A DNA stretch of 63,881 nt, filler included, from Octopus bimaculoides (Eukaryota): assembly GCF_001194135.2 (NCBI RefSeq). It is 8 parts of 8 records of this genome, joined end to end, with 100 filler letters (N's around TTAATTAATTAA, not from the genome) between each part and the next. Parts side by side here need not be neighbours in the genome. Positions count along the whole stretch, not along the records: positions 35,585 to 43,437 come from NC_068986.1; positions 43,538 to 51,180 come from NC_069000.1; positions 51,281 to 52,702 come from NC_069009.1; 5 more parts are not named here. The stretch is one strand, 5' to 3'. Below are positions 38,855-51,644 of this stretch, in pieces. Both the position numbers and the translations under genes were made by a program. Within the stretch, counting starts at the first letter, position 1; the number at the start of each line of letters is the position of its first letter. A model generated the notes under the pieces. That model saw nothing but the letters and a program-made list of their open reading frames with translations, searched no databases and was not told the DNA's origin.

Positions 38855-40499
38855 NNNNNNNNNNNNNNNNNNNNNNNNNNNNNNNNNNNNNNNNNNNNNN
38901 NNNNNNNNNNNNNNNNNNNNNNNNNNNNNNNNNNNNNNNNNNNNNNNNNNNNNNNNNNNNNNNNNNNNNNNNNNNNNNNNNNNNNNNNNNNNNNNNNNNN
39001 NNNNNNNNNNNNNNNNNNNNNNNNNNNNNNNNNNNNNNNNNNNNNNNNNNNNNNNNNNNNNNNNNNNNNNNNNNNNNNNNNNNNNNNNNNNNNNNNNNNN
39101 NNNNNNNNNNNNNNNNNNNNNNNNNNNNNNNNNNNNNNNNNNNNNNNNNNNNNNNNNNNNNNNNNNNNNNNNNNNNNNNNNNNNNNNNNNNNNNNNNNNN
39201 NNNNNNNNNNNNNNNNNNNNNNNNNNNNNNNNNNNNNNNNNNNNNNNNNNNNNNNNNNNNNNNNNNNNNNNNNNNNNNNNNNNNNNNNNNNNNNNNNNNN
39301 NNNNNNNNNNNNNNNNNNNNNNNNNNNNNNNNNNNNNNNNNNNNNNNNNNNNNNNNNNNNNNNNNNNNNNNNNNNNNNNNNNNNNNNNNNNNNNNNNNNN
39401 NNNNNNNNNNNNNNNNNNNNNNNNNNNNNNNNNNNNNNNNNNNNNNNNNNNNNNNNNNNNNNNNNNNNNNNNNNNNNNNNNNNNNNNNNNNNNNNNNNNN
39501 NNNNNNNNNNNNNNNNNNNNNNNNNNNNNNNNNNNNNNNNNNNNNNNNNNNNNNNNNNNNNNNNNNNNNNNNNNNNNNNNNNNNNNNNNNNNNNNNNNNN
39601 NNNNNNNNNNNNNNNNNNNNNNNNNNNNNNNNNNNNNNNNNNNNNNNNNNNNNNNNNNNNNNNNNNNNNNNNNNNNCTTTCGAGGTCGCTAAATTAGGTA
39701 CCAGTTGCATACTGAGATCGATCTAATTGACTACCCCCCACCCTCCCCAAAAATTTCGGGCCTTGTGCCTAGAGTAGGAAAGAATATATCTTAGACGTGA
39801 ATAAAATTGTAATTGAAGATTAAGAAACGAACCAAGTTGTAGGGAGCATTTTTGGCTGGGAAGTGGAAGCAGTTGCAAGTCTGCCAAAATCCGTAAAGAT
39901 GCATCTATTGAGAAGCATAACGAATTTTTAATTTTAAAAATTCACATTAGATTACTGGTCGGAAGGTTTGAAGGGTTAAACAGCGTTTTTCGTGTTGGTT
40001 TCGGAGATGACTTGAAACGTTTTAAAACTTGTTCAACACTATGGCGAAGTTACAGAATTATATGGACGCAAACCTTATTTTACCTTCTCATTAATAAAGA
40101 GGGGATGAAATTTACTGAATGTTTCGGGATAGTTTGGTTCGCTAGCAAGAACAACTGTGCCAATAAGTTACTTATTTCTTCTCATTAAGCCGAAAGCCAG
40201 CGAAGGAGATGATTTTTAAAAAGTGAAATTTTTTTTTGGGGGGGGGAAGGTTGGACCAGTGTTATTTCTAGTATGTCGAGAGATTACATTGAAGTCGTCC
40301 TTATTTCTTATGCTGGTCCAACGAGCATCCACGCAGTAGATATTGTTATTCAGATAGCCAAGGGAGGGATTGATTTCAAAATCGAAATTTTAAAAATCAG
40401 TTTTCATAANNNNNNNNNNCATGATCGATAAAGCAAAGTATCAATAAATTAGAAGGAACGATATAATCGATTATATCTTTTTTTTCTTTTCGCCCTTTC

Positions 40500-40730
40500 A
40501 AAGCCTAGCCAGGCTCATGGGCCCTGTTTCTCGGTTTCTATGGCGTATGTGTTCCCCCCAGCTGGACGGGACGCCAGTCCATCGCAGCGTTACTCAAGAA
40601 ACAGGAAGAAAGAGTGAGAGAAAGTTGGGTCGAAAGATTACAACAGGGGTCGCCACCGGTCTGGGAATCGAAACAGCGATCCTCCAACCGCGAGTTCGCT
40701 GCCCTAACCACTGGGCCATTGCGCTCCCAC
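40500..40730 (-). mobile_element. tRNA-derived SINE
   Basis: The minus strand has a tRNA-like head (gcaatggcccagtggttagggcagcg..tttcgattccc) and the body motif ggactggcgtcccgtccag. Confidence 0.7.
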
Positions 40731-41198
40731 AATCGATTATATCTTTCAATTGTAATTAATAGTAATTTCTAATTTAAACATAAGGTTTCGAATTGGAGGA
40801 GAGGTATAGTCAAAGTCTATTAAACCTATTACTTAACTGGTGTTTTTTTTTCTTACCTCGGAAGAATGAAAGACAGTCACCTTGGCAGGAGTAGAACTAG
40901 CGGTGTTGAGATAAGCACCTAAATAGCTCCTGCATTTACAAATCGTGATTAAAAAGAGAATCTGAATTAATATAGTATTTACTTCAATCATTCATAGATA
41001 TTAAACTTTGTAAAGAAAATATTCGATATATTTCAATCGATATGGATAATTTAGCTAAACTTCAATCGAATTTTTTTGTTTCATTTTGCAAGTCATAACA
41101 CGCTGTATTAAGTACTCCACTTTATTCGTGTACAATATGTTATAAACATTTTACAGGATCCGTAAAATGTGTGCTCAAAGAAAATATGAATAAAACCA

Positions 41199-41648
41199 AT
41201 GCTTTCCACAAATATGTGCCTACGGAAAGCAACCATACTCTGGGATACGCCAATACACACAGATAGAGAAATTAAGGCCAATAGGCCAGATATAGTGGTC
41301 AAAGATCATGAAGAAAAAAAATGCTTTCTAACTGATGTATCAATACCAACAGATGACAATGTTTCTCTAAAAGAAACGGAGAAACTTTCAAAATACAAAG
41401 ACCTGGAAATAGAGGTAACTCGAATGTGGAGCCTAGAAACAGAAATAATTCCTATCACAGTAGGCGCATTAGGTATGATAGAAAAACATTCAGACAAATA
41501 CATAACACAAACACCAGGACTTACAAGTATATATAAGACGCAGAAAATAGCACTATTAGGTATTGCACACATCCTACATAAAGCACTTTCAATACAGTGA
41601 AAGTAAGAGCATCACAACAAACCACAGCACATGATAAAAATAAGACTA

Positions 41649-41651
<3 letters not shown>
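41199..41651 (+). mobile_element. 3' end of an RLE-type non-LTR retrotransposon (R4/Dong-like), copy 1
   Basis: ILWDTPIHTDREIKANRPDIVVKD..CFLTDVSIP..EKLSKYKDL..IIPITVGALG..QKIALLGIAHIL*, followed by a 3' UTR and (AAT)n at 41652-41720. Confidence 0.9.
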
Positions 41652-41720
<69 letters not shown>

Positions 41721-41722
<2 letters not shown>

Positions 41723-42527
41723 TCACATTGCACTCCTCTGGAACTTCACCATTCAAACTGACAGAAAGATAGACGCAAATAGGCCAGACATCATACTGAA
41801 AGACTTCAGACAAAAATCATGCCTCCTCATTGATATGACTGTCCCAATCTATATAAACGTATCTGTCAAGACCTACCAAAAACTGAGCAAATATAAAGAT
41901 CTTGAAATAGAAATTAGCAAAATGTGGAATCTGAAGACGAAAACAATACCTATTGTNNNNNNNNNNNNNNNNNNNNNNNNNNNNNNNNNNNNNNNNNNNN
42001 NNNNNNNNNNNNNNNNNNNNNNNNNNNNNNNNNNNNNNNNNNNNNNNNNNNNNNNNNNNNNNNNNNNNNNNNNNNNNNNNNNNNNNNNNNNNNNNNNNNN
42101 NNNNNNNNNNNNNNNNNNNNNNNNNNNNNNNNNNNNNNNNNNNNNNNNNNNNNNNNNNNNNNNNNNNNNNNNNNNNNNNNNNNNNNNNNNNNNNNNNNNN
42201 NNNNNNNNNNNNNNNNNNNNNNNNNNNNNNNNNNNNNNNNNNNNNNNNNNNNNNNNNNNNNNNNNNNNNNNNNNNNNTCAAAAGATAGTGCTCATGGGAA
42301 CTGCCCATATCCTACGTAAAATACTGTCTATGTGATCTCAAATTTTAAAGCAAACACATAATTTTCTTATGGTTTCTTAAACATTCACTTGAACAAAACT
42401 GTACAAATCCAAATATATGGTACTCTAGGCATAACACCTACATGAACTTCTAACTTGTTGTCTCTTGAGGTCTCTGGGTGAGACTTGGATCCAACTTGTA
42501 CAAATGCAAAACAAAAGTCAAACATAA
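41721..42527 (+). mobile_element. R4/Dong-like RLE 3' end, copy 2 (contains an N gap)
   Basis: LLWNFTIQTDRKIDANRPDIILKD..CLLIDMTVP..QKLSKYKDLEIEI..QKIVLMGTAHILRKIL*, followed by (AAT)n at ~42528-42551. Confidence 0.9.
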
Positions 42528-42551
42528 AATAATAATAATAATAATAATAAT

Positions 42552-43190
42552 GTGGCAAGAGCGATCTGTTGGGGACTATGTGGTAAGAATGATCCATTAA
42601 TCAAAAGACGACATGACAATGTGGCATGAATGATCCAATGGCAGCTCTGTGGAAATCACGGCCTACAAAGAGCAAAGATGTAGTATGAGTAAATCCTAGA
42701 CAGAGTCACTGAGAATGAGAATTGCAAAATCCTGTGGGATGCAGTGATTCAGTGCGATCACCTGACCAGACATCTGAAGCCGGATGTTGTTGTGCCGAAT
42801 AAAAGAGAAAAAAAAAACATGCATGATAATCGACATAGCATGTCCAGGTGAGAACAGGATCATGAGAAAGAAGAAAAATAAACAACTAATACGATCTGAA
42901 GTGAGAAATATGAAGATTGTGGCCAATGAGAAGAGTAGAGGTGATACCAATAGTAATTAGTGCACACGGAAGTATCAGCGTTCAACTACCAACATGGCTG
43001 AAAAAGATTGATACAAGTGTGAAGGCAAACTACCTACAAAAATCAACATTGCTTGGAACTGCAAGAATCCTTCGCATGGTTCTTGAAGCATGACCAGTAA
43101 ACAAGTGTCACCCCAGTCTGCTGGCCGTAGTCAGCTGACACTTACCATCAGAACCAGCGAGTTTTCATCACACGATAGTAATAATACTTT
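42552..43190 (+). mobile_element. R4/Dong-like RLE 3' end, copy 3 (decayed)
   Basis: KRRHDNVA..WQLC..VTENENCKILWD..IQCDH..KPDVVV..PIVI..LQKSTLLGTARILRMVL*, with stops and frameshifts. Confidence 0.85.
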
Positions 43191-43537
43191 CTACTTTAGG
43201 CACAAGGCCTGATATTTTGGTGGAGGGGATAATGATAATAATAATAATAAATTCAAATTACGACAAACGTAAATAAACAAACGAAGTTTGCTTTTAGAAG
43301 CGTTGAGATGTCTTAGAAAGTTAAAGAAGTGATTTTAAATTCTCAATCGCAGAATAATGCTAATAATATAGCCTGAACAGGATAAACTACCCCTATTTTG
43401 CAGGGAAAATAATAATAATAATAATAATAATAATAATNNNNNNNNNNNNNNNNNNNNNNNNNNNNNNNNNNNNNNNNNNNNTTAATTAATTAANNNNNNN
43501 NNNNNNNNNNNNNNNNNNNNNNNNNNNNNNNNNNNNN

Positions 43538-43735
43538 TGCGGGTGACACGTAAAAGCACCCACTACACTCTCTGAGTGGTTGGCGTTAGGAAGGGCATCC
43601 AGCTGTAAAAACTCTGCCAAATTAGATTGGAGCCTGGTGTTGCCATCCGGTTTCACCAGTCCTCAGTCAAATCGTCCAACCCATGCTAGCATGGAAAGCG
43701 GACGTTAAAAGACGATGATGATGATGATGATGATG

Positions 43736-43740
<5 letters not shown>
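43538..43740 (+). mobile_element. SINE 3' part with an RTE-like tail ending in (GAT)n
   Basis: gagtggttggcgttaggaagggcatccagc..catgctagcatggaaagcggacgttaaa(gat)n. Older copies lie at ~45440-45600 and 60130-60400. Confidence 0.7.
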
Positions 43741-43770
<30 letters not shown>

Positions 43771-44477
43771 CTGGGCTTCTTTCAGTTTCTGTCACCCTAA
43801 TCTACCCTCAAGACCTTTGTTAGCCTGAGGCTACGGTAGAATACACTTGTCCAAAGTGCCATGCAGTGGGACTGAACCTGGAAGCATGTAGCTGGGAAAC
43901 AAACTTCTTACCACACAGCCATATTTGCACCTATGATTAACATTATAATTAACATAATTTATTCTCAGGTTGAGGGGTCAGAAATCACTCCAATTTCAAA
44001 GAAATCTCTCTGAGGATCGTACAAGGAATTAGGTACCAGTTGAACACTGGGGTCGATGTAATCAACTAGTCCCCTCCCTCAGAATTTCAGGCCTTGTGTC
44101 TTATAGCAGAAAGGATTATTGTTGTTGTTGTTATTAAGGTGGAAAGCTGGCTGAATAATTAGAACACCAAACAAAATGTTTAATGGCGTTTCTTCTCTCT
44201 TTAAGTTTTGAGTTCAAATTCCGCTGAAGTCAGCTTTGCCATTCATGTGGTCAATAAAAGGAATACCAGTCAAGTACTGGGGTTGATGTACTTTGACTTG
44301 CCCTTCCCCTCAAAAACTGCTGGCCTTGAGCCAGAATGTGAAACCATCATCATCATCATCATCATCATTATCATCATCATCATCATCATTATCATCATCA
44401 TCATCATCATCATCATCATTGTTCTTGTTGTTGTTATTATTATCATTATTATTATTATTATTATTTTCTCGTTGTAG

Positions 44478-44610
44478 ACTGGTTTCATTGCAGCCCTTCC
44501 TTACCTAGTGATGGGGTTCGTTGTACTGGGAGCTGGCCAACTGGCTGATTTCCTTAGGTCCACTACAACTTTATCAACAACCGTTACACGTAAACTGTTC
44601 ACCTGTTCAG
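44478..44610 (+). CDS. SLC17 family (sialin-like) MFS anion transporter, internal exon
   Basis: tag|ACT GGT..TCA G|gtaaga encodes TGFIAALPYLVMGFVVLGAGQLADFLRSTTTLSTTVTRKLFTCS, matching the SLC17 'GF..ALPYL....GQ.AD.LR....S...RK.F' segment. Confidence 0.92.
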
Positions 44611-46769
44611 GTAAGATAAGACCCCCACCTCATACTGTGACAGAAAGCCACTGTACCTCAACCATAACTCACCTGTCTTTGATCTAAAGCCTATTTGCAT
44701 TTGGGTTCTTCACTTCGACATTAGATGATGGAGTCCTAGATACATTATGCCTGCAAATGAGAATGGATAAATAAAGCTGGACTGTTGTTAGACCAGAGCA
44801 GACACACACACACACACACATAAAATTACAGGGTGACAGTATTAAGTAGTGATGGACCTGTCTCTCTTGTCAGTTTTTAGCATCTATTTTTCCAGTATCT
44901 GTTGCTGAAGAGGAGATAACCACTCTGAAATGCATGCATCGAACAGTCAGGCTAGTGGGAGCTGCAAACTGACTCAGTGTGGTTACAACCTTTTGTCTGT
45001 GGTGAGAAATTCTCTCCATGACAAAATAGTGAATGGCTTTCTTGTGAAGTTGAATATGCTTCAAACATATTTGAACTGGTAACAAGTTCATATATATATA
45101 TATAAAATAGAATTCGATTAGAGGTTGTGTTAGCCTCATGAAGGGATGGTGTCATCCAAGGAAATATTGGTTCAATACCTAATATTTTGGGGGGGAATTG
45201 ATTTCCTTAAAATAATAGGTGTGTATATAAAAACCTGTAGATTATTTTAGTATAAAGGAAGAAGAAAATGGAGACTGTGAAGTTAATAAGAGTTTATTAT
45301 CAACAACAAATCAATCATTATCCCTTACAGCTGTTTCAATTATATACAGTGAAATTAATTAAATATTAAATTCATTTTTCTGAGCATAATCTGTTCAGAG
45401 ATTATACTACTCCCCTCTAAATTGAGAGACCCTCACCTGGCAAGTTACTTGTGCTTGTACCACACAAAAAGCACCCAGTACACTATGTAAAGTGATTGGC
45501 ATTAGGAAGGACATCCAGCTATAGAACCCATACCAAAGCAGGCATTGGAGTTTGGCACCATCCTCTGACTCACCAACTGTCAAACCATCCAAGATACTTA
45601 CCCAAGATGCCTCACAGTGGAACCAAATGCAGAACTTGGAAGCAGATATTTTCAAAACAGAACATTAAGATATGAGAAAACCACATTAAACTGAAAGTAG
45701 ATAGCATGTAAAATTTACAAATGTTGCCTACATTAGCAGAATGCCATGACATTGTAGCAGAACCATGTTTAGCTGCAACATTTAACATAAAAACCTAGTT
45801 TGTATCAACAAAGTTGTAAAAAAATAATAAACCCAATTAAAAATGTTTATTGAAATCCACAAACGTTCATAAAAATTAATGTAAAATAATTCTAAAATGG
45901 AGGTTTGTTTTGAAGGGACTGTCTTCTGTTGTTCACACATTCGTTTATGACATCTAATTACAACGAAATTTCATTGCACGATCAAAATATTATTGATTCC
46001 ATTCATTGATCTCTATCCATTGATTTCTGTTTTGCATTTTTCCAATCACCAAAAAACAAAAAAAAAAACCATTGCGTTTTCCCTTTTTTTTTCTTTTATG
46101 AACTTCTTTGCCGATAAAGCTCTTTTTTTTCAGTATTTGATTTTTGAAAAACTTGTTGCTATTCCATCTGAACAACATCTTCATTCATGAATTCAACATC
46201 ATAAGAAGGCAGCAATTCTTCAACCCACCCGGAATTGTCTGTGATTCTATGGCCTAAATTTCCTGCTTTAAAGTTATCTAAATTAAAGCTTTTCATCACA
46301 ATTTTATATCAATTTATCTTCCAAATACCAGCTTAATAATGACAACTTTTTTATTAAATTCTTCAATATTTTCAAAATTAATTTCAAGAAAAGCACTGCA
46401 TTTGCACAGAAATATGGTAACAAAAGGGTTAAAGTGATCTAAGTTAAAACCACTTCTCCTGGTAATCCCATAAGCTTGCTAGCATCTGGTATGTTCAGCT
46501 TTCAACTGGCAGCACTTGCATCTGCAAGATGTTTGCGAAAAATCCATCAGAATTCCAGGCTAAATTATGTCCCAAACACCAGTTCAAATTATGGTAAAGG
46601 TATTTTATTTATTTCTTCATTAATTTCAAAATAATTGAAATGAAGGAAATGTATTTCATTAGAAATATGTAATGAATGAGTTAAATTCTGTAACAGACAT
46701 AGAGCCAATCTCATTTCTTTATCCAAGTGAAATCCAATTTCAGTTTGGAGTAAAGATTGTTTGCCAATA

Positions 46770-47068
46770 TAATATGGCAGTCCTGGTTTAGGACTAATGC
46801 TGCTGTAATTTAACCCCAGGAGACATAGTCTCCAGCTGGCTATAAGACACACTCTGTGTCCTTATATTTTCGAACAAGGGAATCTAGCACCCCCACTCAG
46901 CTCAAACCACTATCTGTGTATCACGATTTCTGGGTTATTTCTCTTCATCAGCAGAGAAAAATTGTTTGAAATATAAGGACACAGATTGTGTCATATAACC
47001 AACTGGAGACGATGTCTCCTGGGGCAAAATTACAGCAATATTCATCCTAAACCAGGACTGCCATGTTA
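46770..47068. mobile_element. ~300-bp MITE/foldback with ~107-bp inverted arms, in an SLC17 intron
   Basis: 46770-46877 is approximately the reverse complement of 46962-47068. Confidence 0.85.
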
Positions 47069-47335
47069 AGGATTTTCATTTGTTCCCCAAGAACCCAGGT
47101 CCAGCCGTATTTTGCTCCAGATGAGCTGGTATGTATCTTGTTGCTCCAACAATAATAGATATAAAGCTAGGTACTGGATTTGCAAATCCCTTACTAATGG
47201 TCCCCAGATGTCCTCTTTCTCTTATATTTCTCTGACCACATTAGTGTCCAGACGGCAGCTGATTTCTACAACAAAGCATATTTTTGTGTCTGCATTATCA
47301 CACTGGGTGTTTGTTTGCTTTCTCTTTTTCTGCAG

Positions 47336-47481
47336 CATTTGTGGCTCAAGCCATCATGATGACAGTAGCTGGATACTTAATGACAAGGGAGGCTGCTGTT
47401 ACTTGCATCACAGTTGGTGTTGGCATTGGTGGCTTTGCATGGGCTGGGTTCAGTGTCAACCACCTGGACATTGCACCTCAG
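47336..47481 (+). CDS. SLC17/sialin-like exon
   Basis: cag|CA TTT..CCT CAG|gtgaga; the phase joins the previous exon (G+CA = Ala). It encodes AFVAQAIMMTVAGYLM..GGFAWAGFSVNHLDIAPQ, containing the SLC17 signature NHLDIAP. Confidence 0.95.
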
Positions 47482-47560
47482 GTGAGACAAAGATCTTTGC
47501 TACGATTGCTGTTGTTGTTTTTGTGGTTACTGAGTGGGGTGAGGGCAGGAGGATTCACTG

Positions 47561-47602
<42 letters not shown>

Positions 47603-47656
47603 GTGTAGATATATGTATGTATGTGTATATATATACTTTTTTTTCTCTCTCTTTAG

Positions 47657-47749
47657 TATGCCAGTATCTTGATGGGTGTGTCCAACACATTTGCCACCCT
47701 CCCAGGTATCATCAGTCCAAGTATCACGGGTCATGTTGTTTCACACCAG
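47657..47749 (+). CDS. SLC17/sialin-like exon (penultimate coding exon expected)
   Basis: tag|TAT GCC..CAC CAG|gtaagt encodes YASILMGVSNTFATLPGIISPSITGHVVSHQ. Confidence 0.95.
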
Positions 47750-48059
47750 GTAAGTCAGTCAAGCATAACCAAACATTAACATTGTTCGCAATCATGTTTA
47801 GAGGCATGTACACCTTGCAAACCCGCACTCATAAATGTATGCATATAGGAACACATAGATGCATGTGCACACACATACACACACACCTTCCATCTTATAT
47901 CCTTTATCTGTTACTTGTTCCAGTCGTTGGACTGTGGCCATGCTGGGGCACCACCTTGAAGGGTTCTAGTCAAACAAATTGATCCTAATACTCAGTTTTT
48001 CTTTAAGCTTGGTACTTTTTCTATTGGTTTTTTTAGTTGAACTGCTAAGTCATAAGGAT

Positions 48060-48432
48060 GGGGAAAAAATATTCTGTTGACTGTTCTTTGAGCCACTTCT
48101 TTACTACAATTTTTCACTTCCTCATCACTGGAATAATGTTTGCCTCTCAAACCCTCTCTTTCATGGGGCCAAAGAGATGATAGTCCAGTGACGAGGAAGT
48201 GAAAACTGTAGTGAAGAAATGGCTCAAAAAACACTCAACAGAATTTTACGGGGCAGAGATACATGCTCTCATTAAAAATTGGAACATTGCTATTGAGAGA
48301 AACGGTGACTATGTTGAGAAGTAGGGATGTGATCCACAGAGGACCAGCTTCATTTTCATATATGACACATGTTCGTGTGTTGGTAATTACACCTGTCCTA
48401 AACAAAATGGCATTACTTTTTGACTCACCCTC
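48060..48432. mobile_element. Mariner transposase 3' fragments in inverted arrangement plus the right TIR
   Basis: The plus strand reads SSDEEVKTVVKKWLKKHSTEFY..IERNGDYVEK* followed by the TIR end ..ttttgactcaccctcg. A second copy of the same segment lies on the minus strand at 48071-48132. Confidence 0.85.
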
Positions 48433-48506
48433 GTGTGTATATATATATATATATATATATACACATACATATAGATATATGCATGCATTTATACATATAT
48501 ACATGT

Positions 48507-48537
<31 letters not shown>

Positions 48538-49271
48538 ATCATACAGACTGGAATATGTTCCATGACTCTCAACTGGAAAATAATTCATTAAGATTAATAT
48601 ATCTCCACCTAATTAATCAATTATCCATAATTAAACTCATTTATCTACAATCAGTGAGGCAAAGCATTCTTTCTTCTTTTTTTTTTTCTTTTTTTTTTGT
48701 AAAGAAATATATCTGGTTGTTGCCAAGGTAAATGAGACTTTTTTTCTTTCTGCAGTAGACATTTCCAGGTGAATTAATGAACACACATACACACACAAAA
48801 AACATTGCATTAAGTGTGTGCATGTGTGTATGCATGAACGTGTGTGCGTATACACATATCTATGTGTGTATGCATATGCATGTATATGTGTGTGTGCATG
48901 AATATATATATATATATATATGTATATACACACACTCACGCACATATATGTACATATATATATTAATATGTGTGTGTTTATGTGTGTTTGTGTATTTATA
49001 CAGGTATGTATCGTTATAAATATATATACATTATTTATATAAATATATTATTCATGTGTGCATGTGTGTGTGTGTGTGTGTGTGTGCACATATAAGTATC
49101 TGCATGTGTGTGTGTGTGAGTGTAAGCCATCTTAGATCAGTAGATTGCCCTCCATATTAAATGGCCGTGTTGATTGCTTATCTGATTGTATCCACAGTAA
49201 CCATAGTTACCATAGCAATTACAGCAGGATGGGTGAGTGGATGGTATGTACAGGACCTCCTGTGTAGTTGT

Positions 49272-49324
<53 letters not shown>

Positions 49325-49371
49325 GTTGGCTTGGCGATAACTATTAATTTCCAGTACCGCTNNNNNNNNNN

Positions 49372-49410
<39 letters not shown>

Positions 49411-49674
49411 CGTATGTATATATATATATATATATATATACATATGCATATATACATTATGGATACATATATATATATATATTTATATACACACATATAA
49501 ATGTAGATAATATATATTTTGCTTGATGGATGAGGATAGTTATCTTGTTATGTATCTAGTTCAGTATATTTTACCTGCTGTGTGTACTTAATTTTCTCTC
49601 TCTCTATATATATATATATACACTCACACATTCATATATACATGCATACATAAGTATATACAAATTTATGTATG

Positions 49675-49715
<41 letters not shown>

Positions 49716-50009
49716 ACTAGACCGAGTCATGAAAATTCCTGAGATGGTTATGGCTCAATTGACTAGAAATAGAAGGCGGTGAGCTGGCAGAAAGGTTGGT
49801 ACCCCATGCGAACTGCTTAGCAGTATTTCGTCTGTCTTTATGTTCTGAGTTCAAATTCTGCCGAGGTCAACTTTGCCTTTCATCCTTTCGGGGTCAATAA
49901 ATTAAGTACCAATTGTATGTTGGGGTTGATCTAATCAACTGGCCTCCTTCTGCAAAATTTTGGGCCTTGTTCCTAGAGTAGAAGAGAATTGATTAGAAAT
50001 AGAATTAAA

Positions 50010-50290
50010 CTAGATGAGATGCAGTTGGTTTTGTACCTGGAAAGAGTACCACAGATGCCATCTTCCTAGTGAGACAACTGCAGGAAAAGTACTTGGCCAA
50101 AAGTAAACCATTGTACTTTTCCTTTGTTGACATGGAGAAAACTTTTGACAGAGTTCCCTGCTCTGTTATATGGTGGTCTCTCAGGAAGTTTGGAATTGAG
50201 GAGTGGCTTGTTGGAGCTGTACAAGCCATGTACAGTGATGCTGTCAGTAAGGTGTGAGTCAGCCATGAATACTGTGATGAATTTAGCGTA
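50010..50290 (+). mobile_element. RTE-clade LINE reverse-transcriptase fragment
   Basis: GFVPGKSTTDAIFLVRQLQEKYLAKSKPLYFSFVDMEKTFDRVP..WWSLRKFGIEEWLV. Confidence 0.9.
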
Positions 50291-51644
50291 CAGAGGCTAT
50301 GGCAGCAGGAGAGGGGCAAGGGAGATCATGTGATCAGAAGGATTACTGGTATAGTTCTCTTTTGCTTTGGGACGGAGGTGGTGGCTGTGTAAAAAAGGAA
50401 ACTCATAAGGGCCAGTTTTCTGGTTTCCGTGGCGTATAAATTCCCCACCTGGAGGGGGCCACTGGTCCGTCATGGGATTACTCATTTTTGCCAGCTGAGT
50501 GAACTGGAGCATCGTGAAATGAACCACCCGGTTCAGGAATTGAAACTGCAATCTTTCAATCATGATTCTAACATCATAACAACTAAGCTATGCACCTCAA
50601 CTGGTGGTTGTGCGAGTTGCGGGAATTTGGCTTTAGGTTCTGGCCAAAGGTCAGGTGGGTCAGGTTCCTATGGACATATCCTGGTTGGAATGGATCAACA
50701 CCATGACACATACATATATGTATATATATATATGTGTGTCTACATATAGCTCTGTGTGTGTGTTTGTGCATGTGCGCGCGTGCATGTACTCATGCTTGCT
50801 AATCTTATCTTCTCTAATTCTAATTGCTTTAAAACCAGCATCGTTCTTTCCTTTACATTCAAAATACAAGTGTGATGATGCGATGATGCGATGATGTGAT
50901 GGTGTGAGGATGGTGAGCATCACAAGTCGAAGGATTGGTGGATACACAAAATATCTAAATGTAAACAAAAGCAATAAAGACAAACCTTGTTATAACAACA
51001 ATTAATGAAAATCGTTTAGTAAGGCTAATTAATGAGCATTGACTAATGAAAACAGCAAGTAAGATAAGGAGTAGATTTTAATAACAATTATTAATTCCGT
51101 GAACAAATGTAAACGTGTTTTTATTTATTTGTTTTACAAGTTTATATTTGTGGAAACTGAGTCGAGCGAGCATGTGGCTCNNNNNNNNNNNNNNNNNNNN
51201 NNNNNNNNNNNNNNNNNNNNNNNNTTAATTAATTAANNNNNNNNNNNNNNNNNNNNNNNNNNNNNNNNNNNNNNNNNNNNCACGGTAACCTCGGTCTTTA
51301 GCGTCACAGTTTGTTAAATAAAATTTCTTTTATTTAAGCAAGAAACGTAAGTAACTCTCTGTTTACAAAATTTTAAAACGTTTTATAGAATCATGGTCAA
51401 GGTGGCTTCGTCATTTATACGTGCCATTCTTGCTACATGTATCCATCTTTTTTCGAAACATTTGCTAGACAACACTTGCCTCTCTACTCTCACCTTCCTT
51501 TTCAAGTGATACTTGAAAAAGTTGATGAGAGATTGACCAGAGAGACAGATAAAGATAGATATATAGATAGATACATAGAAAGATAGATAGATAGAAAGAT
51601 AGATAGATAAAGATAGATAGATAGATAGATAGACAGATAGATAT

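Noticed and set aside
40655-40730. tRNA-like sequences (also ~9750-9815, 17580-17640)
   Set aside because: They have A/B-box-like heads but no complete cloverleaf and run into SINE bodies, so they are SINE heads rather than tRNA genes.
48748-48760. 13-nt (or 10-nt) microexon candidate after a strong acceptor in the SLC17 intron
   Set aside because: Its length is not a multiple of three, the longer form begins with TAG, and it does not match the expected SLC17 continuation.
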